Part shown: in pieces, positions 12,580 to 25,614 of the stretch
Layout: every line of letters starts with the position of its first letter
How positions within the stretch are numbered: the stretch's first letter is position 1
DNA from: Octopus sinensis
Taxonomy: Eukaryota
DNA: 64,000 nt
Direction of reading: 5' to 3'
Assembly (NCBI RefSeq): GCF_006345805.1
Contig: NC_042997.1
Location: forward strand, 156,612,001-156,676,000
Position numbers and translations under genes: made by a program
The notes under the pieces: generated by a model
The model's input: the letters and a program-made list of their open reading frames with translations, nothing else
Told to the model about the DNA's origin: nothing
The model's database searches: none

Positions 12580-13350
12580 GACCTTTAGGTCTCACTGAGG
12601 AAATGACTAGAGACCGAGTCCTCTGGAAGTGTGCTGTGCACGAGAAGACCCGGCAGGACAAGTGAGTCCATAACCCGTGGCCTTCTACTTGGGATGGAGC
12701 CAGCCTACGTATGCATACCTTCCCTTCTTGGGACACAAAACTCTACTTGTGAAGACCTGTTGAGGCAAGTGAGGATCAGAATCGAAATCGATCAATGGAA
12801 ATTGCAGATGTGTTACCAGTGCCGGTGGCATGTCGAAACTCTACTTGTGAAGACCCGTTGAGGCAAGTGAGGATCAGAATGGAAATCGATCAATGGAAAT
12901 TGCAGATGTGTTACCAGTGCCGGTGGCATGTCGAAACTCTACTTGTGAAGACCCGTTGAGGCAAGTGAGGATCAGAATGGAAATCGATCAATGGAAATTG
13001 CAGATGTGTTACCAGTGCCGGTGGCATGTAAGAGAACCTTCCGTTTCGCGACCGTTGCCAGCACCGCCCCGTTTCGTGTCCGTTGCCAGCCTCGCCTGGC
13101 CCTTGTGTCGGTGGCACATAAAAGCACCATCCGTTCGTGCCGTTTGCCAGCTCTGTCTGGCACCTGTGGGTGGCATGTAAAAAGCACCCACTACACTCAC
13201 GGAGTGGTTGGCGTTAGGAAGGGCATCCAGCCGTAGAAACACTGCCAGATTTGACTGGGCCTGATGAAGCCTTCTGGCTTCACAGACCCCAGTAGAACCG
13301 TCCAACCCATGCTAGCATGGAAAACGGACGCTAAACGACGATGATGATGA
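12580..13350 (+). mobile_element. Young RTE 3' end and 3' UTR
   Basis: LTEEMTRDRVLWKCAVHEKTRQDK*, then a CpG-rich UTR ending AAACGACGATGATGATG. Confidence 0.85.
12738..13030 (+). repeat. 98-bp tandem repeat x3
   Basis: Units start at 12738, 12836 and 12934; units 2 and 3 are identical over their shared length and unit 1 differs at 2 positions. Confidence 0.95.
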
Positions 13351-13390
13351 TATATATATATATACACACACACACACATGCATGCATATA

Positions 13391-13607
13391 CAAGTGGGTG
13401 CTGAAAAATTTCTGGATGTGGGTAAAATTAAATACACAAGGATCAGTTAATTATGATTTTATTCAACATATTCCTTTCTCAGATTCACACACTTATTGCA
13501 GCTGTCCTTCAATTTTTCTAAGTTCTGTAAAAGAACTTGAAAGGTTGGGCCTCCAATCAGGCCTTTTGCAATACCCTTAAAGCCAGAAACTTTTTAGCAC
13601 CCTCTTG
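13391..13607 (+). mobile_element. Mariner-type MITE (family M), complete
   Basis: TA|CAAGTGGGTGCTGAAAAATTTCTGG ... CCAGAAACTTTTTAGCACCCTCTTG. Confidence 0.9.
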
Positions 13608-15104
13608 TGTATATATATATATTATATATATATATATATTAGGAGTATGTTATGGTCTTCCGACTTGTTGGATCCTGTCAAAGTGTCCAGCTCATGCCAA
13701 CCTAGAAAGCTGATGTCAAATAATGATGCATACACATAATGAGTTTGCACATACTTTCTTTCTACCAAATTTCTCACACTGACCAACATAAGACTACTTA
13801 CTAGAAAAAATCACACAAAGTTTTGAGAGTGGGATCAAATCCACATCTACTACACCATAGGTCTATGCCGTTACCTATATCAAGAATAAACCAAGAATTC
13901 TTATACATATCACATTTCTGAAATATATTTCCTGTCACCATCTGTTTTTTTGTGTAGCTATGCAAAGACTTGCTTGATATGTGGCATTTTTAGAAGGCCA
14001 TATGTCCATTATTACAGTTCACAACACAAAAAACTTCATAAATTAGAAAAAAAAATGCTGTTTAATGAAGCTTAGCTGTAATTATTTTATTTTATCTTTT
14101 CTTAGAAAGTAATCTGATAATCTGAAGTTAGATTTAGTTAAAACCTGAGAAATTTTTATTGCATAATATCAATTTCTTTTTAATGATTTATTACGATGTT
14201 ATTTTTCTTTCTTTTTGAAGAATTAATAGAAGTTATTTGTTTTCTTAAGTGCATCCTTTGAATACACTTTTATCTCTCTTTCTCATAATTTTAGTAGTTG
14301 TAGGTTTACCCTAGTTCATGATGCAGTTTAATCAATTCAGATTGTTGCATGTTTGTGACTTCATAGCAGGTGCATTAGTAGGTAAAGCTGTCAGTGTGAA
14401 TTTCTGTGTATGGAGACAGCAGGCAAAGTAACACAGAATGTTGGTCAGGTGATATAATCCTAGGACAAGAATGTTGTTTTCAATGCTTCTGTGTTTTGTA
14501 TTCATGGGAAGAATTTTTTTTATATCTGAATTGATTATCATATTGTGAAAACCCTACTTTCTTACGACAATACATTGTTAATATACTAAGTTCATGAATT
14601 CACAGACATGTGATGAGATGTCACAATTTTATCACAGATATTGTCATATATAATGTCTCTTTAATGGGTATTCTATTTTATCATGTTAATATGATAATGA
14701 CGACCTGCATAAGTAATTCCTATGAGGAAAGAGACTATAGAAAAATTTTATACCTTTTCTTAGTGATATCTTATAGACAGACTACATCTTTACCGGTAGT
14801 CAAAATTAGGTCATGAATTCTTGCTAATGATGATGATATTTAGAGATGAATATTCATAAAAATTGTAATTAAATAGATTTCTTGCAGGTCTTTGTCCTGC
14901 ATTTGAATGAATATGCTAAAGAGTTTTCAACAAGATAATTCAATTGCAAGTACTCCAGATTATCATAACAGAAGAAACATAGAAGAAATATTTAAAATAT
15001 TCTACTGAATGACACCCAATTTAATTCCCTGTCTCTTATAAATCTCAAACAGTGTGCTTGTGTAGAAAGTGAATAGCAACAACTTAACCTATTTTATCTT
15101 TTAC

Positions 15105-15300
15105 ATGTTTTAGTCTGTAGACTGTGGCTATGCTGGAGCACTACCTTGGAGGGGTTAGTTGAACAAATTGATCCCAGTACTAATTTTCTAGTGTAGTACT
15201 TACTCTGTCAGTCTCTCTTGTCAAACTGCTAAATTACAGGAGTGTAAACAAACCAACTCTGATTGTCAAGCAGTGGTGGGATACAGACATATGGTACACA
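15105..15300 (-). mobile_element. SINE family A, tail half
   Basis: GACTGTGGCTATGCTGGAGCACTACCTTG...GATTGTCAAGCAGTGG. Confidence 0.7.
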
Positions 15301-15319
15301 CACACACACATGCACATGG

Positions 15320-15480
15320 AGGGTTCCATAGTCTCTTTTGGTTTGGTTTCTATTACTGGATGTCCTTCTTAATGCCAGCCACTTTACAGAGTGTACTGGG
15401 TGCTTTTTACATACCACCAGCATCTTTTCTTTTTATGTGGCACCATCACCACTGCTTTTTACATGGCGACATTAAAAAGA
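15320..15480 (-). mobile_element. RTE 3' UTR-derived repeat fragment
   Basis: CTGGATGTCCTTCTTAATGCCAGCCAC...GGGTGCTTTTTAC motif. Confidence 0.7.
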
Positions 15481-16123
15481 ATCCACATCACAATTATTTA
15501 TCTAGGAGTACCCTAACTCTGAATAAGGTCTGCTAAAAGATAGAATTGTCTAGCCTTGTCACAGACAATCTCTCTATTACTAGAAAGCATAATAAAGTGT
15601 ACCCAAAAGACAATGTTAAGTGGTTGTTGATGTGAAGATCTTTCAACCAATGAAAACATTCCAGAATATGGAGGCTGTCCTCAAGATGCAGACATCACAG
15701 GCTACCTGTTTAGGAACTACTACAGAGTAGAAAGGACTCAATAGCCTTGTTGCACACAATCTCAGTACTGAATTTATGATGAGATGTATCCTAGTCAATA
15801 TTGTAACACATATATCATTAAGGGACAATAGTTTTTCTCTGTTGCTGTGTGTGTGTGCTACATGGTATGAACTGAGATAAGTGACCAAATACAGTGGGAC
15901 CTATGCAAGCCATAAAAAAAAAAATGAATAGATCTGAAGTAAATTAGATTACGGTTGGGTTAACTCTGCAGGTGAAATGTAAGTTATTTTACTTTTTGGT
16001 AAATATTCCTAGCAATCCAAATCCAAAGAGTCTGTGCACATTGTGTGTGTGTGTGTGTGTGTGTATAATGTAATATGGATTCATAAAATTGTGTGGCTAT
16101 TCCAGAAAGTTCCTCCAGCTTTA

Positions 16124-16338
16124 TGAGGAAGTCTTGAAAAGTTCCTGGCTTTGAGTAAAAGAAAATACAAGAGGATCAGTTAATTATGATTTTATTCAAC
16201 ATATTCCCCTCTCAGATTCACACACTTATCGCAGTGTTCCTTCAGTTTTCCTAAGCCCTGTAAAAGAACTCAGAGGGTTGGATTTCCAACCAGGCCTTTC
16301 ATGATGCCCTTAAAGCCAGGAACTTCTCAGCGCCCCTT
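16124..16338 (+). mobile_element. Mariner-type MITE (family M), complete
   Basis: TA-flanked; GAAAAGTTCCTGGCT / AGCCAGGAACTTCTC TIRs. Confidence 0.9.
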
Positions 16339-18052
16339 TATGTGTATGTGTGTGTATATATCATCTAAAACCATAGCCTAAGGAGAGTGCATATTAAGAT
16401 TAATTTCAACAACCAGGTAATCTAATATCACTTGTCTCCTTTCTAGAATTGTCGGTCATTGGTTTTTCTGAGAGAGTCTCTTCTGCTCTTTGGCAGAAAT
16501 TTTTTATAAACCGCTGGGTGCCAATAGACTCTACAGTTAGTAAACTTGTTATCAAAGAAGAGTTTAGTTGCTAGCCTCTTGCTCATAAGGTATGCAGTAC
16601 TAGATTACATAGTACTAATAGAAAGCCGACCTGATCAAATATATATGTGAGAGACATGAGTATTGCTCCTGAAAACTTATACATTATCTTTAAAATGTTT
16701 GAACTAAATAGGCGTAAAACATCCTAATATTATCACACAGATTGGTCACCTAACTGAGGTTGCCTAGGAGGATGGCCAATGTTGTAATTTTAGTGTTTTG
16801 TGTTTATCTGGGTTAGGCAGAGAAGAAAATTAGAGATTTTTGGATGATGTAGCAATCTTTCTGAGTTATACTTAAGTACATATTTTAATTTACATGTTGT
16901 TTGTCATGGCAAAGTTCACTGTATCAAGAGAGACTCATAAAAAAGGTTTGTATGGCATTATCTCAGATGAGACTATAAAATAGTTATTATTCACAAGCAT
17001 CTAAAATGTGTTTTAATTCTGAAGAAGTGAACTCTGATAGAGAAAGATGATGGTACTTTGATTATCTATTGAAAAGGAGGTATTTCTTTTATTCACTATA
17101 AAAGATTTTAATACAAAAAAATGTCACCCAACCAGAGTTAAGGTGACCCAATTTAAAAGAGGTGTAGGGGGTGGGTGATTTAAGCTCCATCTGAATTAAT
17201 TTCTTACATAATTATGTCTCAGATTTATAGCTTATATTGTGTGATGTTAATAATATTTTCAATTTAAATGGAAAGAAATGGCAGGGATTAAACCAGACTG
17301 TAAACGTCTGTAATTAGTGGAACTGTCTACAACTCTTATGTTATGAATTGAAAGTTGCCTCTTTCATCCCTCAGGGGTCAATGAAATAAATACTAGTCAA
17401 CTGCTCCCTTTTCCATTATGTGTTGCCTTGTGTTTCTGATGAAAATCCTTATTTCATGTTACCTTCATAGACAAAACTTCTTTTATTGGACTTAATGTTT
17501 CTGAAAACAAAATCACTCTTTCCTCATTTTAATGATTTATACTTTAATGAAGGATAAATGGGTCAATACCACTTAATGCAATAATTGATAAAGTATTACA
17601 AGCAGGAGTTAATGATTATATTCTAAAAGTCATTTAATTTAAGAACAATTAGGAAGATCTTCTCTTATTTACAGTATCATTTCTATTCTGCTGCTCCACA
17701 CTATCAGACTTCACCTACTCTCCCAATTGTGATATATAAAAATATATAAATTCATATCACCAAGTTCATATTCCCAAGATATAGAATAGGTTATATTTTC
17801 ACACAAAAATGTTTGCAAGGAAATTAACATGAAATAGAATATATTTTAAAAGATAATATTGAACAATTTGTGTGTATGAGTCATTGTCTATGAAAATAAT
17901 ATATTCGTTCAATCATTATGAAAGTGTGTGTTCATGTGCATATCAGATGAATATATTTGAGCGTTCATAATTTCGTGTGAAGTGGATTTCTTAAGTAAAT
18001 AAATATCCAATTTGGTTTGAATGGACAGAAATTGCTTATTTTATATTTATAG

Positions 18053-18104
18053 AGAAAAAAATTGACCGACTCAAGTTTTCTGAAACAAATGAATGTGTCC
18101 AAAA
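18053..18104 (+). pseudogene. Decayed duplicate of the exon-like unit at 18388
   Basis: TTTATAG acceptor; EKKIDRLKFSETNECVQ; 52 nt (frame-shifting); the GTAAAC donor overlaps a SINE. Confidence 0.3.
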
Positions 18105-18313
18105 GTAAACACCGGTTGTCAAGTGGTGGTAGGGAACAAACACAAACACAGTGGTATACACACACATGACTGGCTTTGTTTAGTTTCCATCTACCAAACC
18201 CACTCACAAGACTTCGCTCACCCTGGGGTTATAGTAGAAAATATTTTCCCAAGGTGCCGCACAGTACGACTAAACCCAGAACCATATGGTTGGGAAGCGA
18301 ACTGCTTACCACA
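18105..18313 (-). mobile_element. SINE family A, head half
   Basis: CCCAAGGTGCCGCACAG...AACCATATGGTTGGGAAGC...TTACCACAG. Confidence 0.8.
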
Positions 18314-18387
18314 GTGTGATGTGGATTTGTTAAGCAAATTTCCAATTCTGTTCAAATGAACAGTATCTGCTTATCTTTTACTTATAG

Positions 18388-18438
18388 AGAAAATGATGGA
18401 TCAACTCAAGTTTTCTGAAACAAACAAACTTGTCAAAA
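18388..18438 (+). CDS. Candidate 51-nt phase 1-1 exon (EKMMDQLKFSETNKLVK)
   Basis: CTTTTACTTATAG acceptor and GTAAAG donor; only the phase-1 frame is open. Confidence 0.4.
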
Positions 18439-19299
18439 GTAAAGCCACTAATGCAGTCAAGTAATTTTTCTTAAAGTTTTCTGCTACATCTATGAAACAG
18501 GGTTGTGTAACCAGCAAAATTTAATGTGTTAACTGAATTGAATTTTCTTCTCTTTTCTTTTCTTTTTTTTTTTTTTCTTATTTTTTTTTTTTTTTGCAAG
18601 TAAAATAATCTTTTGAACTTTTTGTTTAGAAACTGTCAACAAGTTGTCAAAATAGTGGCGGTCACTGATTGGATGGAAATAGAGTCAAGGTGGATCATCC
18701 GATCATATATATTATTGAAAACATCAGTAAAGTGGAGTCAGTGAGCTGTGCAGCTACAATGCAAATATGTCTAAGCTTGAAGAAACCTATATAAATTTGA
18801 TTTTTACATAAGTTCTGAGTCATATGCTGCAAGTGAAGTAGACATTTAATGATTATTATTGTTACTATATTAACCATTTTGTTGCATATTTCTTTTGAAA
18901 TACACTAGTCTGTTTGAATTTTTTTTTTAGATAATGAAGAAATTAGTAAAATAGCTTTGTTATTATTAGATTTGTGTTTGGAACATAGATTAACATGAAA
19001 TTTTAATGGACGATTTTAATTTAAATTACATTAAAACAGGAACTTTGTGTGATAGAAGTAGGATTTATATCAAAAGGGTTAAACAATCTTTAGAGCATAG
19101 ACTGATAGAATTATTACACCATTGGAGAAAAATCCTAGTCTTTAGTTCTTTCCCTTTAATTTTCTGAGTTCAAATCTTGCTGAGGCCAACTATATTTAGT
19201 GTGCTAAAAATAAGTAGCAATCAAGTCCTGGAGTCAATATAATCAACTATTCTATCCATCAATATTAGGAGCCTTATTCATCATATACATTGATTTTCC

Positions 19300-19644
19300 A
19301 TGCTCTCATGGCTTGGACAGCTTGACAGTATCTGTTAAAACCAAGGGCCACACTAGGTTCTGTAGTATGTTTTGGCATGGTTTCTATGGCTTGATGCCCT
19401 TCCTAACACAACCACTTAATAGAATGTACTGGTTGCTTTTTGCATCGCACCGGCACCAAGTGCTTTTTACATGGCACTGGCACCAGGTGCTTTTTGCATG
19501 GCACCGACACCAAGTGTTTTTTGCATGGCACCGGCACCAGGTGCTTTTTGCATGGCACCAGCACCAAGTGCTTTTTACATAGCACCGACGCCAATGCTTC
19601 TTATGTGACACCAGCATCCACACCTATGCTTTTTATGTGGCACC
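19300..19644 (-). mobile_element. RTE 3' UTR-derived repeat with internal minisatellite
   Basis: CATGGCTTGGACAG...GATGCCCTTCCTAAC, followed by the 27-bp array. Confidence 0.8.
19434..19644. repeat. 27-bp minisatellite, about 7-8 units (TGCTTTTTGCATGGCACCGGCACCAAG)
   Basis: Direct reading; gives the 9-aa periodic ORFs KKHLVPVPC. Confidence 0.9.
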
Positions 19645-20470
19645 TTGATTTTAGTATCCACTGGTTTTTAGATCATGCTATAGAAATTTGATAAGAATAA
19701 TATTTTTTTCTTTAATTATTTAAAAAAATACTTTTATGAGGAAAATTCACTTTTTGCTTTTTGTCAGAGCCAAATTGTTTCTTTATTTTAACTCCTTGAA
19801 GGCTTTCTTTCTAAGCTGTCTCCAAGTTGTTAAATTTTTTTTGTGATTTTTTTTTCCCCCTGAGGACATTTGCCAAGTTAATCAGCTCAAATTACACTGA
19901 ACTAGTCACAGATATTCACAAAAACCTAATCAACATGAGGTTTTATATGTAATTAACTTTGTTTCAAATCACTTTGTTCAATTTATTTACTTTAATTTGG
20001 AAAGTATTATCAAACTCTTAATCACCACATTATTTTACTCAACAAACTTCATAATCTCTCTCTGATTTTACTGTTAGTGAATAAATAGTTCAGTTCATTA
20101 CTGATAAACAAAATCTATATTAAATTTTTAACCAATCCTAGCACATTGTTAAAAGTGATACTAGTTTACATTGCCCAAGAAATGTTTTATCACTTTCATC
20201 TGAAGAAAAATTTCCTTTTTGCTTGGGGTGGTAGTATTGCGAGAATTTCCTTCCACCCCACCCAGTAACATTTTATAAGCTGAGTTGAATGTTTTAGGTA
20301 TTTCAGATAAATAGGATATCTGAATGAATTATCAGGTGTATAGTGTTTCATTGTCAATATACTAATACAAGCACTCCACTTAACCTGCTTTCTGTAGTAG
20401 GGTCACTTGAAGTAGTTTGGGGTGTTCACTTGACAAAATATGTTTAGAAAGGAGACTTTGTTTTGTCAGC

Positions 20471-20670
20471 AGTCATCATCATCATCATCTAATGTCCTCC
20501 TTCCATGCTGGCATGAGTTGGATGGTTTGACAGGAGCTGGCCAGGCAGAAGGCTGCACCGTTCTTCTCTGTCTGTTTTGGCATGGTTTTTACAACTGGAT
20601 GCCCTTCCTAACACCAACCACTCCACAGAGTGGACTGAGTGCTTTTTACATGGCACCAGCACAGGTGGGG
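20471..20670 (-). mobile_element. RTE 3' UTR-derived repeat
   Basis: (CAT)n + TTCCATGCTGGCATG...GGATGCCCTTCCTAAC. Confidence 0.8.
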
Positions 20671-21189
20671 TCAATTTCAGCATAGCTTGATAGATAGGTC
20701 ATGTAAGTGGCTCATGTGAGCTGTTAAGTCCATGCATGAGTGCTTTAGACTCAGTCCAGATCACATAACCATCCAATATAACATCAAATTTGATGTTAGA
20801 TGTTCATTATAATTCTGTGTTTATCTTTTGCTCTTTGACATCATTGTTTGAGCCAACAATCAGGCCTGCACTTGTCAGATGGACCTGTAAGAAATAGATA
20901 AATCTGTAAATCATATCTTATTTTCTTCAAAAAAGGAAATATACATGCATTGGCACTTGTGTAATTTTGGGGCTCAGCCCTACTGTATGGAACCATGAGC
21001 AATTTTCTTCTACTATAATCCCATGCTGAACAAAGCCTCATGAGTGGATTTGTTAGAAGGAAGCTGAAAGAGGCCCATTCTATGTGTGTGTGTGTTTGGG
21101 TTTGTTTATGTTCTTGCAATGCAGCAGATCAGAAAAAGAGACTGATGATATATCAGGCTTAAAAAAAATGTACTGGGGTTGATTTGTTT

Positions 21190-21660
21190 GAATGCAGCCA
21201 TGGCTGATGCCAGTATTGCATAACCAGCCCATTCAAAAGCACCCTTGAATCGTTGGATGATATGCTGTGCTTCAGAGGACCTGTTGAGTCAAGTGAAATC
21301 ATAGTCGTGGCCGATCCCCTGCCGCCTGACTAGCACCTGTGCTGGTGGCACGTAATAAGCACCATTCAAGTGTGGGTTGATGCCAGTGCCACCTGACTGG
21401 CTCCCTGCACTGGTTGCACATAAAAAGCACCATCTGAACGTGGTTGATGCCAGTGCTACCTGACTGGCTCCCGTACCGGTGGCACGTAAAAAGCACTCAC
21501 TACACTCTGAGTGGTTGGCATTAGGAAGGGCATCCAGCTGTAGAAACCTTGCTAGATTAGATTGGAACCTGGTGCAGCCTCCTGGCTTCCTAGTCCTCAG
21601 TAAAACTGTCCAACCCATGACAGCATGGAAAACAGCATTAAACGATGATGATGATGATGA
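21190..21660 (+). mobile_element. RTE 3' end / 3' UTR
   Basis: GATATGCTGTGCTT..GACC..CAAGTGA ORF end, GGTGGCACGT repeats, (GAT)n tail. Confidence 0.8.
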
Positions 21661-21994
21661 ACCTTTCAAAGTGGTGCCCCCGCATTGACCACAGTCCAAT
21701 GACTAAAACTGGTAAAAGATAGGATATGTGCTTAAAAAAGGCCAGATGGTTATGGCTGGAACATTTTTGATTATAGGTATGTTCACTCCAGGTTGACCTC
21801 ACACTAAACAATAACAAACAGTGATGTCATAATAATGGTGGAATATTATGACAGTAATGTCATAATAATAGCAATAAGTGTTTTTAAAACCACTTTAAGT
21901 AAGTAGCATGGCTCTTATTACATAAATGTGATGAACATATTTTAGGATTCTTTCTAATCAATTGCAACTGGAAGGCAAATTTACCTCAGTATTC

Positions 21995-22144
21995 AGGCAT
22001 GCTGTTTGGTAAGAAGCTTGCTTCCAGCCACATGGATCTGGGTTCAGTCTTACTGCATAGCACCTTGGTAAGTGTCTTCTGCCATGGCCTTGGACCAATC
22101 AAAGCCCTGTAAGTGGATTTGGTAGACGGAAACTGAGAGAAGCC

Positions 22145-22204
<60 letters not shown>

Positions 22205-22375
22205 GTGTATGTGTGTTTGTATAGGTGTTTGTCCCCCAACACTGCTTGACAACCGGTGTTGGTGTGTTTACATCCCTGTACCAGGCTTAGAGAAAAAAAA
22301 AAACTAAGTACTGAGGTTGATTCATTTGACTTAAAAATTCTCCAAGGTGGTACTTCACCGAAACGAGTAAAAAAT
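21995..22375 (+). mobile_element. SINE family A
   Basis: Head, core, (TA)n(TG)n linker and degenerate tail. Confidence 0.85.
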
Positions 22376-22610
22376 AAAAAAATTCAGAAAACAGTCAAAA
22401 CCTCAGTCCTCATGTAAACTAGGTGCTGCAGAACAAATATACATGCTTTAAAGAAATAAAAAGTGTGTAAGAAGGCTCCTTTTTACCAACAGACCTCATC
22501 CTCACTTCTCTCTGGTATAAGTGTTATAGAATTTCTGGTCTACTGACAGTAAATAATTGTTTCAGAGCCCCTAATTATTATATTTTTCAGAGTTTTTATT
22601 GTTATCTTAG

Positions 22611-22663
22611 GTGGGGCTGGCGCTAAACAATTGTGGAAGGAAAAGGAGCAGTATGCATTGATA
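22611..22663 (+). CDS. Candidate exon (GAGAKQLWKEKEQYALI)
   Basis: TTATCTTAG acceptor and ATA|GTAAGG donor; one open frame. Confidence 0.25.
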
Positions 22664-23130
22664 GTAAGGATATAGGTATGTCAGCACTGGAATAGAATTG
22701 AAATAGACTTGCTTTCTTAATGGGCTAATAGGAAAAAATAATGGGTATTTTAAATATAATAAAATAACACTACTTCAGATTTTAGAAACAGCAGCATGGA
22801 TACAGGTCTTGTGTGTGTGTATATAAGGATTCAGGTGAAACAGGCACTTAAATGGTAAGTCATCAGGTTGGGTCAAAATTAAAATGCATACACAGCGACT
22901 ATAGACGAATACAAATATTGGTACCAAAGTACAGGCAGAAAGATATTTAGATTATGGATACAATTAATTGAACCCTACTGAATACATTACTAGTCCTTGG
23001 ACTAATCCAGAAATGCACAATGTATTGAATATACAGTCCGTAATATACTTCAGATCATGTGAAGAGCAGTTTCCAAGAGAGGTGAATTATAAATAAATAA
23101 CAAATGATGAAAAAGTGTCAATTCTTATGG

Positions 23131-23187
<57 letters not shown>

Positions 23188-23432
23188 CATGAACTATAAA
23201 CACTTTTCAGCTTATTGAACTTCAGTGTAGGGAAAGCCTACAACCATCTACGCCGATAAACTATTATTGTTCCTGAAAGTTGTTTTTTATAACTACCATG
23301 GATTGCTCAAAGCTTACGAACTTCCTACACCTAGATCCTTGGATCTTACAATTCTTACATATATATATATATATATATATATTTCAACAATTGAGGGCAA
23401 AATTAATTAATTATTAATCAATATATATATAT

Positions 23433-23785
23433 TCTTTTACTTGTTTCAGTCATTTGACTGTTGCCATGCTGGAGCACCGCCTTTAGTCGAACAAATTGAC
23501 CCCAAGATTTATTCTTTGTAAACCTAGTACTCATTCTATCGGTTAGTCTTGCCTAAGTCACGAGGATGTAAACACACCAACATCAGTGGCCAAGCGATGG
23601 TGGTGGGACAAACACAGACACACAAATACATATATATATTTTATCTTTTTATTTGTTTCTTATTAGACTCTGGCCATGCTGGGGTACCACCTTGAAGGGC
23701 TTTTAGTTGAAGGAATCCCCTCCAGTACTTATTTTTTTTTTAAAGTTTGGTACTTATATTATCGGTCTCATTTGTCAAACCACTA
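23433..23785 (-). mobile_element. Two adjacent SINE family A tail fragments
   Basis: TTCTTTTACTTGTTTCAGTCATTTGAC... at 23433, and a second degenerate tail from about 23640. Confidence 0.75.
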
Positions 23786-24242
23786 AGAAAGCTGTATATG
23801 GTTGCTTGACCTTCTAGAAATAACAACCAAATCTCTCTCAATTCTCATGCAGTCATCATAAGAAAGAAAAACATATTGGATAATATTGTTCTCGATATAC
23901 TATTTGAGTAAGTTGTGGTAGTCACAACTGGACTGCCTAATCATAGGCCTACTCGAAGCTGTTCTTGTGTCAAAACCACAACCATGTGTTTTACTAATGG
24001 AGCTAAAATATTTAGGATGCAGTTATAAAATATTTCCTGATTTTCTCTGCATTTAGCTTATATAATTTAATTTTTGTTTCTTTGTCATTTACATTAAATG
24101 TACTTCCTCTCTGAAGAGCTTAAACATTATGGACACTGGCAATGAACAACCTTGTTCATATGACAATGAAGCTCACTTACAGCCATCATTTGATGTCTAG
24201 ACAAGGGTTTACACACATATGTGCAGCCCCACACCCCACACC

Positions 24243-24372
24243 ACAGGCTTCTTTCCAGTTTCCATCTACCAAAGTTTTCCACGAGGATTTGGTGAGCCTG
24301 TGGCTATAGTAGAGGACGCTTGCCCAAGGTGCCATGCTGTGAGACTGAGCCCAAGACCACATAGCTGGGAAG
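24243..24372 (-). mobile_element. SINE family A, head half
   Basis: GGCTATAGTAGAGGACGCTTGCCCAAGGTGCC. Confidence 0.75.
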
Positions 24373-25029
24373 AAACCCCTACCTCTTGTTTTATGTAGCC
24401 CCAGGTCAGCCTTAAAGGAATTTCAGCTGTGACTATTTCATTTTTGCCCTAGGACACAACACATCGCCCAGAATTGAACTGATGACCTTGCAATCATCAG
24501 CTGAATATCCTAACCACTAAGCCACTCAATTTCACATATCATTATCCTCGTTTAACGTCTGCTTTCCATGCTGGCATGGTTTGTTGCATCTATTTAAAAA
24601 AAAAAGTTTTAAAAATCTCTAAAAATAAAGGTGTGAATTTATCTAATGTTTTAGTTTAATTAGTTTTTAGGGTGCTTGTTAGATTATAAACCTCAGAAGC
24701 ATTTGTTTTTTTATACATAGTTTTTTTTTAGTATATATAGAATGTCTGCATAGCTCCATTTCCTAATACATTTTGTTGGTTGGGCCTTTGTTGCTCCAAA
24801 ATAGTAATTCATAAATATAGCAACCAGGCTTAATTTTGTTTTAGAAATCATCTATAATTACTGTTTTCCTTGTCTGTTTAATTAATCTTATTGTAAAATA
24901 AACAAGCTAGATCCGTTTGCTTTTCAATATTATTTTACATTGGGATGATTTACTCATTAGATCATGATTTTGTAAAGCTTGATGCATTAAAACATGCCTC
25001 CACCCTCACCTCCTGAGGTGCTACACAGT

Positions 25030-25312
25030 CTGGTTCAGTTCCAATGTGTGGTGCCTTCAGCAAGTGTCTTTTACTATAGCCCCAGGCTGACCAATGCTTT
25101 GTAAGTGAATTTGGTAGATGGAAACTGTGTGAAAGCCTGTCATATGTTTGTGTTCATGTTTGACAACTGGTGTTGGTCTTTTTTTTTCTCTGTAACTTAG
25201 CGGTTTACCAAAAGCAACCAATAGAATAAGTACCGAGGTCAATTGAGTTGACTAAACCCTTCAAGGTGTTGCCCCAGTATGGCCACAGTCCAATGACTGA
25301 AAGAAGCAAAAG
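25030..25312 (+). mobile_element. SINE family A
   Basis: GGTTCAGTTCC...CAAGTGTCTTTTACTATAGCC...ATGACTGAAAGAAGCAAAAG. Confidence 0.8.
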
Positions 25313-25614
25313 GTATAATTACTGTTCTTCATGCCTGTATTGTAAAATAAAATTAATTCCAGATCTGCATATCTATTTCAATATTATATTATAATGGGGT
25401 TAATTTACCCATTAGAGTGTGATTGTAATTAGCTTGTCTCATTAAAATCTGTATCCATCCTCTTCCTACATACACACAATGACATCTTTAACCCTTTGAT
25501 ATGAGAATCTTGGAGCAAAAGTCCAACCAATGACCTTTAATTAATATTAAGCAATCGAGATTAGAAACTCCTAAATAAGTAACTAAATGGTTGTTTGAAC
25601 TTCTAATAATCCTT

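Noticed and set aside
12143-12736. 197-aa minus-strand ORF
   Set aside because: It runs across an RTE end, a microsatellite, a SINE and a Tc1 remnant.
12738-13030. CRISPR-like array
   Set aside because: The units are contiguous with no unique spacers and lie inside a eukaryotic retroelement UTR.
20808-20887. Minus-strand terminal exon (VHLTSAGLIVG...) after a strong acceptor
   Set aside because: No upstream partner exons were found on that strand.
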